In this document: positions 1 to 11,580 of the stretch, piece after piece
Layout of the letters: each line of letters opens with the position of its first letter
Numbering within the stretch: position 1 is the first letter of the stretch
Assembly: GCA_012295275.1 (NCBI GenBank)
Contig: CM022678.1
Location: forward strand, 16,492,001 to 16,556,000
Source: Chrysomallon squamiferum
Lineage: Eukaryota; Animalia; Mollusca
Reading direction: 5' to 3'
Length of the DNA stretch: 64,000 nt
The notes under the pieces: generated by a model
What the model was told of the DNA's origin: nothing
The model's input: the letters and a program-made list of their open reading frames with translations, nothing else
Database searches by the model: none
Program-made: the position numbers and the translations under genes

Positions 1-222
1 TACTACTACTACTACTACTACTACTACTAGTACTACTACTACTACTACTACTACTACTGCTGCTACTACTGCTGCTGCTACTACTACTGCTACTGCTACT
101 ACTACTGCTGCAACTACTACTACTACTACTACTGCTACTACTATGCAACTACTACTACTACTGCTACTACTGCTACTGCTACTATTACTACTACTACTAC
201 TACTACTACTAATAATAATAAT
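1..222. repeat. (TAC/TGC)n trinucleotide microsatellite
   Basis: Direct. Confidence 0.95.
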
Positions 223-618
223 GAAAGTATTTTGCTACATTTAACATCTGATATATATATGATAGGTACAATCATAGGTGAATTCTGTAAAAGACTACCA
301 CTACCACTACCACTAAAATAAAAAGAAAAAATAACAACAACAACAAAAAGAAAATAATTGACTGTAGTGGTGATGGTGATAATGATGATGAGGATGATTA
401 TAAGTGTGTTTGTTCATTGTTTTAATGTAATGGTAATTATAATTGTAAAAATTATGATAATGATAATGATAAAGATCATCACTGGAATGATGTAATAATG
501 CTATTGTTAGAAATAATAATGATTGTAAACATAATCTACTACAGATACTACTGCTACTGCTACCACTATTACTACTGTAACAACAACAACTACAGCAACT
601 ACTGATACTACTACTCCT

Positions 619-652
<34 letters not shown>

Positions 653-841
653 TATTTTCCTGTTGCTAACTGAAAAAAGAAAAATGTGTATATATATATA
701 TAATAAAAATAAAATTTAACAATAAGATGATGTACTCTATTTCCTCTAATTTTCTTTTTTTTTGTCCTTACTTTAGTATTGTTGTGAAAGTACAGTTAAG
801 AAGCTGAATGCTTACTAAAAATATTATTTTTACTTTTACAG

Positions 842-929
842 CTAATTCAGGGACTGTATACTTTCAAGGTGAAGGTGACAGGTGATAACAAATATGGAGA
901 AGCATTTGTCAATGTCACAGTTAAACCAC
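842..929 (+). CDS. KIAA0319L: KIAA0319L-like exon A (end of PKD1): LIQGLYTFKVKVTGDNKYGEAFVNVTVKP
   Basis: tacag| at 841, |gtatgt at 930; 88 nt, phase 0 to 1. Confidence 0.88.
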
Positions 930-2197
930 GTATGTACATCTAGTAAATTATCTGTGTTAACTTTACACACACATACATCTGGTAAAACATCTATCATAAC
1001 TGTACACTTATGTTCAGCTATTACATTTTCAGTTAATGTATGTGTTAAGCTAACATAAACTATCTACTATTTTTACACAAACTATCTGTTACATTTTACA
1101 ACATAAGTATAGGTATTAAATTTTCAAGGTTGACTTTGTATGGCAACTAATTCTCTGTTGCACATACACAGAGTGTTAAGTGTACACATAGCACAGCTGG
1201 TAAATTACCTGTTTTGACTTTGTACAAGTGTGTGAAGATGTGTTCCTCTTCACTGATGGAAATAGTCCACAAATGGAGAAAAAGGAATTAATTTTCCAAG
1301 ATATCACAGGGCAACAATTGCTCTAAAAACGATGAATTAAAATTTGTGATTTATTCTTTCTTGTTTGTAAGAAGAAACTAGAAAATATTTTTCATTGCCG
1401 ACTTATAACAAATGAATTGACAAAAGCAGATTTTGGAAGATGTCATTATACAAAAATTCTGTTTGACACATTATTTTCCTGTTCCAACCACTGATCTGAA
1501 ACTGATTTATAAAAGATAGTAACATGTGTTTTCCAGTCTGAAAGAGATTTCTGCTACTCATTATTAAAACTGCTCCACTGAAAGAAATGATTACTCTTGT
1601 TGTTACCAAAAAATTCATTTGTAATATCTTTTTTTCCCATTCAAACCAGTACCTACAATCAGTTTAATAATATTGAGATTTAGCTGATGATTTACTTTAT
1701 GGGATGAAATACATATAACATTTTTTTTCTTGATTCTAATATAAAAAAAAAAATAAAAAAAATAAAATAAAATAATTAATTAAATAGACTAAAGAAAATA
1801 TTTTCTAATTTTTAATTTTTATTTTTTAGGCCCATAAAATCAGTCATTATTAAAACTGTTAGACTAACACTGTAATAATATTTATGAAACATAAATAAAT
1901 TTTGACATTTTTATTTCTGATGACAAATATATTCGCAATAAAATAAGAATAAAATGTGCCTATATTTGCAGCTGTTTTAGCAATGAAACATGATATCTTA
2001 AATTGTCAGACTGAAGACTAAAATTGTTATGTATCACAGATGATGCTTATTTGACTTTTTAACATTTATTAAAATTCATTCAGATTTTAATCAACACATC
2101 TGACAAATAATAATTGTTATAATGTGTTTGGTTGTTAATGTATATATTTTTTTCACTTCAATAGTATTTCAAGACTTTATTTATTTATTTATTTCAT

Positions 2198-2259
<62 letters not shown>

Positions 2260-2298
2260 TATTCATTTATTTATTTTTTATTTATTCATTATTAATTC

Positions 2299-2330
<32 letters not shown>

Positions 2331-3985
2331 TTCAGCAGAATGGTCAGGCCAAAGTAATTGCAAACTTTCATATATGAAAGTTGTTTCTAAACAAACATGG
2401 CAGATTTTGCTGTTGTGGGTAATTGTTAATATCAGTGAGATGGATTTTCTTATTATTTTTCTTATTTTTAAAATCTTAAAAAGAAATTTTTGCCTTGAAA
2501 TATGAAGTACTTACAAATTGTTAATATTACTGATAATGTGTTACTGTTTGTAAATTACAACATACAACAATGAACAATACACAATTACAATCTTTTTTTA
2601 TATATTATTTTTCATTTAAGTCTGTTCCATTGTGAATTTATTTATTTATTTATTTACTTATAATATTTATTTATTTATTTATTTATATTTAATGTTATGT
2701 TTCATGTATTTGAATATTATTTATTGTCATAAAAGGATGTTAAAAACATTAAAATATTTAGTGTATGAATGTAAAGTAAATAAATAAATAGTAGTTTAAA
2801 TGTTTGATCATAATTATTATGCTGTGCAGAAAGTTTTATTACTTTCAGTGATAGATAGGTCTGTCAGATTAATTGATATATGTACAGTCATACACTATTG
2901 AATTTTTTCTTCAAAATATTTAATTTTATTTATGAATTATTACCACCAATTTGACAAGAAAAATGTATGGCAGTTAGGTGACAAATGTTGACAGAAAATT
3001 TTCAGTTGTAACTTTTTAAAATAATATACAGCTGTTACTGCATAATTTTATTAAATGAAGAATAAATTAAAGTCAAATGAAAAAACTATAAACAGCTGAA
3101 CATATTTACAATTTTTTTTATTTATCAGATGTGTTGAATAAAATCTGCTGGTATTATAACAAATATAATTAAAAAAAAAGTTAAAGAAAGAAACATAAAA
3201 AAGATTTTGTCATATATGCCAATTAAACAAAAAAATCATAAAATGTGGTCATTTCTTAATTATTTACTTTTGTTGAATCATGTTAAAAAGAAAAACACAT
3301 ATACAGCTGATACCATAGAGTTATTCTGAAAAAAGAGAGAGAGAATTATTAAATGCAGTTTAAATTAGTAGAATGTATCGTTATCTTGAGAGGATAATGT
3401 TTTTCAAAACATTTATGATAAATAATCTGAATGTAACAATTAAAATTATAAGAATCAGGTGAATGTTTTCAAAATGGTCACTTTTTTTTTCATTTAAATA
3501 TTTTAAGAGCATTAACTGCATAAAACATAATAACAAAGAAAGTGCTATAAATTTCTGTCAAATGATGATGATAATGATATTAATTTTTTTTACATATATT
3601 CTTTCAAGAAAAAAAAACCAATTGGTTAAAAAGTCATATTCAGTTGCTTCAGGTAAACAAATTACATTCATTTGTGTCCCTGATTTTGTGATGCAAAACA
3701 GTCAAATATTTTTTTGCATAGTAATGTTTATGATTTATTTAATACCAGTATCTGCTTCAATGGGTATATGACCTCAAATATGTCTGAATAAAGAAGAATT
3801 AAGAAAAATTCAATTTCATCCCAGATTCCAAGATTAACATACATAGATGTAAAACCAAGTAAACCATATTTTTGTTTACGATTTATTCAATATACCAGAT
3901 AAGGCATAATGATCTCGTATGTATGTCTGAATAACAGTTTTTTTTCTAAAACTTAATATTTTATTTTTTTTATTTTTTTTTACAG

Positions 3986-4075
3986 CTGCAAGGAAGAACC
4001 AGAAACCTGTAGCTATAACAAAACCCAAAAGTCAGGTTGTTCACCTGCCAAACTCAGCCATTATTGATGGTTCAG
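3986..4075 (+). CDS. KIAA0319L: exon B (PKD2 start): PARKNQKPVAITKPKSQVVHLPNSAIIDGS
   Basis: poly-T tract plus tacag| at 3985, |gtaagc at 4076; 90 nt, phase 1 to 1. Confidence 0.92.
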
Positions 4076-4088
4076 GTAAGCTGTTTGT

Positions 4089-4290
4089 TTAACCCTTTCA
4101 CTGCCACACGCAAGATCTCATGACATGCAAGAGGACTGCCACTGGCAAGATCTCATGACATGCTTGAGGACTGCCACTGGCAAGTTCTCATGACATGCAA
4201 GAGGACTGCCACTGGCAAGATTTCATGACATGCTTGAGGACTGCCACTGGCAAGATCTCGTGACATGCAAGAGGACTGCCACTGATGAGA
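4089..4290 (+). repeat. 35-nt tandem repeat (about 5.5 copies, alternating tgcaa/tgctt) starting at a TTAACCCTTT piggyBac-like terminus
   Basis: gaggactgccactggcaagatctcatgacatgc(aa/tt); ttaaccctttcactgcc at 4089. Confidence 0.85.
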
Positions 4291-4409
4291 TATCTTGATA
4301 TAATGCACTGATATAAATGGTCTGAATACATTTTGATTACTTCCAAAGTATTATATTTATTTGTTTATTTACGATATTTTGCTAATAACTGTGGAACAGT
4401 TGGAAAAGC

Positions 4410-5699
4410 ACTTGTTTGTGTTTTTTGACAGTGCAGATGATGATGAAATTGTGAAGTATTACTAACATGTTTACTTCATTCATTCTTTCATTGTTCATTC
4501 TTTCATTTGCATTCATTCAGTCTTCCTTCTTTCATTAATCCAATCTTCATTCCTTCATTCTTCCATTCACTTATTCTTTGTTTACAGATGATAAAATGAT
4601 ATCATTGTTTGTTATTCCATCATTCATTCTTCATGTTATTCCATCATTCATTCTTCATTCTTTCATTCACCCATTTATTCTTTCACTCTATATTACTTGC
4701 AGACAATAGAGATAATGATTAAACATTAAAGTATCACTAACTTGTTTACATCATTTATTCATTCATTCATTCATTCATCATTTATTCATCATTTGTTCAC
4801 TTGTTCTTAGTTTTTAGAGACAGTGGAGATGATGATAAAATAATGAAGTGTCTCGAATCACCAAAGTGTTTACTTTATTCATTCATTCATTCTTCATTCA
4901 GACTTTCATTCATCCATTCATCTGTTCACTCAATCATTGTTTACAGATAGTGCAGATGATGATAAAACAATGAAATATCATAACAAGTTTACTTCATTTA
5001 TACATTTATTCTTCATTCATTCTTCATTCTTTCTTCATTCATTCTTTCATTCATCAATTCATCCTTTCACTCATTCTTTGTCTTCACAGGCAGCACTGAT
5101 GATGACAAGATAGTGAAGTATCACTAACTTCATTCATTCTTCTTTCATTCTTTCATTCATCCATTCATCCTTTCACTCATTCTTTGTCTTCACAGACTGC
5201 ACTGATGATGACAAGATAGTGAAATATCACTAACTTCATTCATTCTTCATTCTTTCTTCATTCATCGATTCATTCTATCATTCATTCTTTGTGTTTACAA
5301 ACAGTACTGATGATGACAAGATAGTGAAATATCACTAACTTCATTCATTCTTCATTCTTTCTTCATTCATTCTTTCATTCATCCATTCATTCTATCACTC
5401 ATTCTTTGTTTTCACAGACAGCACTGATGATGACAAGATAGTGAAATATCACTGACTTCATTCATTCTTCATTCATTCTTTCATTCATCCATTCATCCTA
5501 TCACTCATTCTTTGTGTTCACAGACAGCACTGATGATGACAAGATAGTGAAATATCACTGACTTCATTCATTCTTTCTTCATTCATTCTTCATTCATTCT
5601 TCATTCTTTCTTCATTCTTTCATTCATCCATTCATCCTATCACTCATTCTTTGTGTTCTCAGACAGTACTGATGATGACAAGATAGTGAAGTATCACTG
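4410..5699 (+). repeat. Tandem array (105-160 nt units, 11 copies including the real one) of TTCA-rich tract + acceptor + first 37 nt of exon C
   Basis: Copy junctions at about 4427, 4587, 4702, 4819, 4946, 5089, 5195, 5300, 5417, 5523 and 5662 (real). Confidence 0.95.
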
Positions 5700-5795
5700 G
5701 GAGGAGGAGAGTGGACCTCTGCAGGACAAGCAGATAATGGGGGACGAACAGATGATCAAACTCAGTAACCTAGCACCAGGAAATTACACTTTCAA
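5663..5795 (+). CDS. KIAA0319L: exon C (PKD2 core): DSTDDDKIVKYHWEEESGPLQDKQIMGDEQMIKLSNLAPGNYTF
   Basis: ctcag| at 5662, |gtaagt at 5796; 133 nt, phase 1 to 2; the only array copy that continues into W-E-E. Confidence 0.93.
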
Positions 5796-7147
5796 GTAAG
5801 TACAGTAACTTACTAACAATCTAACTCTGCACCAGTAAACTACACATTCAAGTAAGTACTGTAACTTACTAACAATCTAACACTGCACGAGTAAACTACA
5901 CATTCAAGTAAATACTGTAACTTACTAACAGTCTAACACTGCACGAGTAAATTACACATTCAAGTAAATACTGTAACTTACTAACAGTCTAACAGTGCAC
6001 TAGGAACTACACTTTCAAGTAAATACTGTAACTTACTAACAGTCTAACAGTGCACTAGTAAACTACACATTCAAGTAAGTACTGTAACTTACTAACAATC
6101 TAACAGTGCACCAGTAAACTACACTTTCAAATAAATACTGCAACTTACTAACAATCTAACACTGCACGAGTAAACTACACTTTCAAGTAAATACTGTAAC
6201 ATACTAACAATCTAACACTGCACTAGTAACAAACTAGGAATCTACACTTTCAAATAAATACTGTAACTAACTGTACTAGGAAACTACACTTTCAAGTAAG
6301 TACTGTAACTTTACTAAAGTAAAATAACTAACACTGCACTAGTAAACTACACATTCAAGGAAGTACTGTAAAACTTAACTAACAATCTAACACTGCACTA
6401 GTAAATACTACAACTTACTAACAGTCTAACAGCACTAGGAAACTACACTTTCAAGTAAATACTGTAACATACTAACAGTCTAACAGTGCACTAGGAAACT
6501 ACACTTTCAAGTAAATACTGCAACTTACTAACAGTCTAACAGTGCACTAGGAATCTACACTTTCAAGTAAATACTGTAACTAACTAACAGTGTACTAGGA
6601 AACTACACTTTCAAGTAAATACTGCAACTTACTAACAGTCTAACAGTGCACTAGGAAACTACACTTTCAAGTAAATACTGTAACATACTAACAGTCTAAC
6701 AGTGCACTAGGAATCTACACTTTCAAGTAAACAGTCTAACTGTAACTTACTAGGAATCTACACTTTCAAGTAAATACTGTAACTAACTAACAGTGTACTA
6801 GGAAACTACACTTTCAAGTAAATACTGTAACTTACTAACAATCTAACAGTGCACTAGGAATCTACACTTTCAAGTAAATACTGTAACTTACTAACAATCT
6901 AACAGTGCACTAGTAAACTACACTTTCAAATAAATACTGTAACTTACTAACAATCTAACACTGCACTAGTAAACTACACTTTCAAATAAATACTGTAACT
7001 TACTAACAATCTAACACTGCACTAGTAAACTACACTTTCAAATAAATACTGTAACTTACTAACAATCTAACAGCAGCAACTAACAAACTAATGAGTAAAC
7101 TACAGTTTGAAGTAAGTACACTAACAGTCTAACAAAGCACAAGTAAG
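5773..7147 (+). repeat. 56-nt minisatellite (about 24 copies) made of the last 23 nt of exon C + donor + intron start
   Basis: Unit gcac(c/t)ag(g/t)aaactacactttcaa|gtaa(g/a)tactgtaacttactaaca(a/g)tctaaca(c/g)t; donor positions 5796, 5852, 5908 and 5964 are exactly 56 apart. Confidence 0.95.
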
Positions 7148-7233
7148 ATTTAATAATAATTTACTATTAGAACACTATGTAACAAGGTCCATATTCAAGT
7201 AATATTTACTTAATAATTTGTTTATTCATTCAA

Positions 7234-7277
<44 letters not shown>

Positions 7278-7394
7278 TTATTTTTGTTCTATCTTCAGGC
7301 AGTTGTCTCAGACTTGAAGAACAGTGTTGATAAGACTCAGTTTTTTGTTGAAGATTTACTATGGATGTGAATGTTTGTATTTTTGATATTTCAG

Positions 7395-7459
7395 ATTAAC
7401 AGTGACAGACTCTGACGGAGAAACTAACTCCACACTGGCCAATGTAACCTTTATACAAG
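7395..7459 (+). CDS. KIAA0319L: exon D: KLTVTDSDGETNSTLANVTFIQ
   Basis: ttcag| at 7394, |gttagt at 7460; 65 nt, phase 2 to 1; LTVTDSDG motif. Confidence 0.92.
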
Positions 7460-7943
7460 GTTAGTTCTTTATTGATGATGATGATAAAATTTGAAAATGT
7501 TTTTCTAAAAAGACCGTTAACAATAATAAATAAAAATCTATAACTGTCAGTGTTGCATTACTGAATTTATGAAAAATTTGATGATGATGATGATGATTAT
7601 AAAAGAGACAAAATTTGAAAATTTTATTTTAAAGTGATGGTTGAAATGAAATAAAAATAATAATAAGGACAATGTTTGTGATTGTCAGCATTGCATTGCT
7701 GGATTGATTAAAACAAAAAAATAATAAATAGGTAAAATTGATATAAACAAAAAATATATATATATATATATGTATTAATCTTCAAATAAATAAACATTTG
7801 TATTTTAAAATTAAAAAAAGTATATATATTTCTAGTCATCTTCAGAAAAATAATATAAAAAAAATTCCATTTGTATTATAAAATTCAAAAAAAAAAGAAA
7901 AAAGTTAAAGAAAAAACCCCCAATTATATCTGTTAATCTTCAG

Positions 7944-8104
7944 ATAAGGATTATCCACCAAAAGCTAACGCTGGGTCTGATGTGGTGATTAACCTTCCAC
8001 AAAAGTCCTTGACCTTGTATGGAAATGCCAGCACTGATGACAAGGGCATCGTCAGCTACGAGTGGGTGAAAAAAGCTGACGACAAACTGACAGCAGATAT
8101 GACA
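7944..8104 (+). CDS. KIAA0319L: exon E (PKD3): DKDYPPKANAGSDVVINLPQKSLTLYGNASTDDKGIVSYEWVKKADDKLTADMT
   Basis: ttcag| at 7943, |gtgaga at 8105; 161 nt; overlaps ORF 7982..8164. Confidence 0.93.
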
Positions 8105-8563
8105 GTGAGATTTTTGATTGAGAAAATTCCACCTGAAATTAACTTTTTGATTTTTCATATTTAATAAAATCACTGAAATAGACGTATTGAGATTATCATA
8201 CGCATAATAGAAACTCTTGTTATCAGCATTATGATATTATATATATATTTTTTATATTTTTTTTTCTGATGTTGTTATTTGTTTAATTTCTTTCTCTTTT
8301 AACAGAAATACATTTTTGAATACTTGAAATTAAAACCTATGTAAAATTTTAATTAATTTGTTTATTTTTTAGTTTTCAAATATAAAAAAACAACTTTGTA
8401 TATTAAATGAATTAAAAATAGTGAATGCACATGGGTGTATGTCTGTCTGTGTGTAATACACAATATACATACACACATAGAGACACACCTACAAACATAC
8501 ATACATATATAGATATAAATATTATAAAATATTTTTTCTTAATTTTTTTTTTTTTTTGTCCAG

Positions 8564-8687
8564 GGTGTCAGGACGCCATTTTTACACCTGGATCACCTGG
8601 AAGAAGGAGACTACACCTTCACGCTGAAGGTTACTGATGCGTCTGGACAGACTGCAACTGCCGATGTCCACGTCTTTGTCAAACCTG
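8564..8687 (+). CDS. KIAA0319L: exon F: GVRTPFLHLDHLEEGDYTFTLKVTDASGQTATADVHVFVKP
   Basis: tccag| at 8563, |gtaaac at 8688; 124 nt; EGDYTF-LKVTD PKD motif. Confidence 0.93.
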
Positions 8688-8785
8688 GTAAACATTAAAA
8701 ACAACATACTTAACTGAAATCCATACTGTTGGGAGAGCTTATTCTAAATTATTATTTAGTTTTAAAAACCATTACACAGTGTCTT

Positions 8786-8828
<43 letters not shown>

Positions 8829-9143
8829 GACATATATATATGTGTGTGTGTGTGTCTGTCTGTCGGTCTATCTATCTAAATATGTACATGTATGTGTAGT
8901 GTACGTTTATTTAAAATTCATCTGGTTTTAATCTCAGCCTTTATTATTAGTCTTTTAGAAATGTACAATACACATTTTATATTTTAAGTAGAGCTTAAAG
9001 AGGTAATAAATTATTATATATATATTTTTTTAAAGTCAAATTAAGCTAATATTTCTAGTGTCTGGTGTAACAGCTTGTAATTACGTTGGTTCATTATCGT
9101 TCACTATTCATGAATATTCATTGTTTTTAAAATGTTGCTATAG

Positions 9144-9276
9144 AAACAAACAAGCCCCCAGTGGCTGTGACAAAGGGCAAACTGGATGTGTTTTTGCCAA
9201 AAGATGGCATCACGCTGGATGGCAGTAACAGTACAGACGATAACAAAATCACAAACTACTCTTGGAAACAAACGAG
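9144..9276 (+). CDS. KIAA0319L: exon G (PKD4): ETNKPPVAVTKGKLDVFLPKDGITLDGSNSTDDNKITNYSWKQT
   Basis: tatag| at 9143, |gtaaaa at 9277; 133 nt, phase 1 to 2. Confidence 0.92.
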
Positions 9277-9528
9277 GTAAAACTGTGGTATCTGTACTCT
9301 GTTTTACAGTGTCTGTTACTTTATATCTGTCTGTCTATGTATATCTTTATATGTGTATATCTGTCTGTCTGTCTGTCTGTTTCTTCATCTGTGTTGGTAG
9401 ATTTGCATTTGCATTATCTGATGCTGCCTTTTGGATTTGCTAGCTATCTTTCATTCTCTCTCTCTGGCTGTTTTTTAATCTTTTCTTTTTTATTCTTCCT
9501 TTATATCTGTGTCTGTTTGCATGTGTAA

Positions 9529-9981
<453 letters not shown>

Positions 9982-10000
9982 TGCATTTCTTTTATTTTAG

Positions 10001-10152
10001 TGGACAAACAACCCTGTCCATAACAAATGCAGACAAAGCAGTTGCCATGGCAAAGGGGAATATAGTGACTGGGGAATATTCCTTTGAGCTGACAGTCACC
10101 GACAGTGAGCAAAGAACAGGGACAGCAGAGCTAAAAGTCTCTGTGAAAGAAA
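10001..10152 (+). CDS. KIAA0319L: exon H: SGQTTLSITNADKAVAMAKGNIVTGEYSFELTVTDSEQRTGTAELKVSVKE
   Basis: tttag| at 10000, |gtacga at 10153; 152 nt, phase 2 to 1. Confidence 0.92.
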
Positions 10153-11094
10153 GTACGAGAATATTGAATTGTTTTTATTACAGTATTATTAATATGCCAT
10201 ATTTTTTTTACTACAACTGAAATGTAACAATTTATTTAATTTATAATTTAAATAAATTATAACTTAAAGATATTTTTTGTATAATATATCAAGTTGGATA
10301 ACTCGTATTCAAGGCTATAATAAAAGTAAAACAGAAATGATGTTTAAGTTTGATAAGTCCAAATAACACAATTCCAAGGTTTTCTATTTAATTTTGTTTT
10401 TGTTTTTTTGAAGAAAAGTTAAAACTTGAATGTTTTTATAACATAGTTTAGATAGTTTTTGTAAGTGATGCAGTGGTGAAACAAAAGTTATACCTGAGTC
10501 AACAAAAATTTCAATCGATCATTAGCTAATGGTATAAAAGAGAAGTTTTGTTTTATGTTTATATCAGACATGGTCCCTGGCTTGGTCAGAAAGCGTGACT
10601 GTCGCAGACTCGCTTCACAGCACCCTGTTCTGATTAGCATGTTAATTTTGTTTTAGCCCACTCACTTGTGGGTATAAATTTATAGTAAATATCCATCAAC
10701 AAAATGTTCACAGTGGATTTATTATTTTTTTTTTTAAGTGAAATTCAGTGTTGGTATTTGTATTTATGGATAGATTTGTTTCAACCACACATGTGCCATT
10801 TTGTTTGTCTTTCACAGTTTATTTACATTTCAGTCATGTGTTAAATGAAATCTTGTGCTCGGATACCTGCCTATTGTGTACACACTGTATACAATTTGTT
10901 GCAAGCAAATACTACAAAATAAATTAACAAAAATAAAATAAATGAATTAATAAATAAATAAATAAATAATTTTGAAAATATAATATTATATAAAGATTAA
11001 ATAAAGAAAGAAGGAAACGAATAAAGCAAAACAACAATAAAATGAACAACAACAAAACAGTGATAACAACAACAACAGCATAAATAAATAAATA

Positions 11095-11437
11095 AATAAA
11101 ACTAATTTTGAAAATTTTAAACTTATTTTCCACAGATTCAAAGTATTAAATAAATAAATAAGTAAAAACTCACGAATAAAACTATTTTTAAAAACAACAA
11201 CAGCATAATAAATAAATAAAAAGTAAAACTCACATTTCGTATAAAACTATTTTTAAACTTATTTCTCCACAGATTCAACAGTAATAAATAAATAAATAAG
11301 TAAAAACTCACATTTCGTATAAAACTATTTTTAAACTTATTTCTCCACAGATTCAACAGTAATAAATAAATAAATAAGTAAAAACTCACATTTCGTATAA
11401 AACTATTTTTAAACTTATTTCTCCACAGATCCAAACA
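11095..11437 (+). repeat. 78-nt tandem repeat containing copies of the exon I acceptor
   Basis: aaacttattt(c)tccacag|at(t/c)caa with AG ending at 11135, 11272, 11350 and 11428 (real). Confidence 0.92.
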
Positions 11438-11580
11438 AGCCTCCAGTTGCCAATGCTGGTGGTGACAAAGTGATTTATCTCCCTTTGTATCTGGTGTCCC
11501 TCAATGGCTCCCTCTCCAGTGATGACAAGGGGATCACCAGCTATCTGTGGACCAGAGACCCTAAGAGTCTAGCTGCAGGG
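11429..11580 (+). CDS. KIAA0319L: exon I (PKD5): NPNKPPVANAGGDKVIYLPLYLVSLNGSLSSDDKGITSYLWTRDPKSLAAG
   Basis: cacag| at 11428, |gtgagt at 11581; 152 nt, phase 1 to 0. Confidence 0.93.

Noticed and set aside
4410-5699. CRISPR-like look (conserved ~40-nt repeat, variable spacers, polarity)
   Set aside because: Spacers are homologous TTCA microsatellite variants, the repeat is a copy of a host exon start, the context is a eukaryotic intron, and no cas genes are present.
7270-7394. Strong-looking alternative acceptor (cag at 7296-7298) 96 nt upstream of exon D
   Set aside because: In frame but hits TGA after five codons and has no convincing donor; indistinguishable from a chance AG after a T-rich tract.
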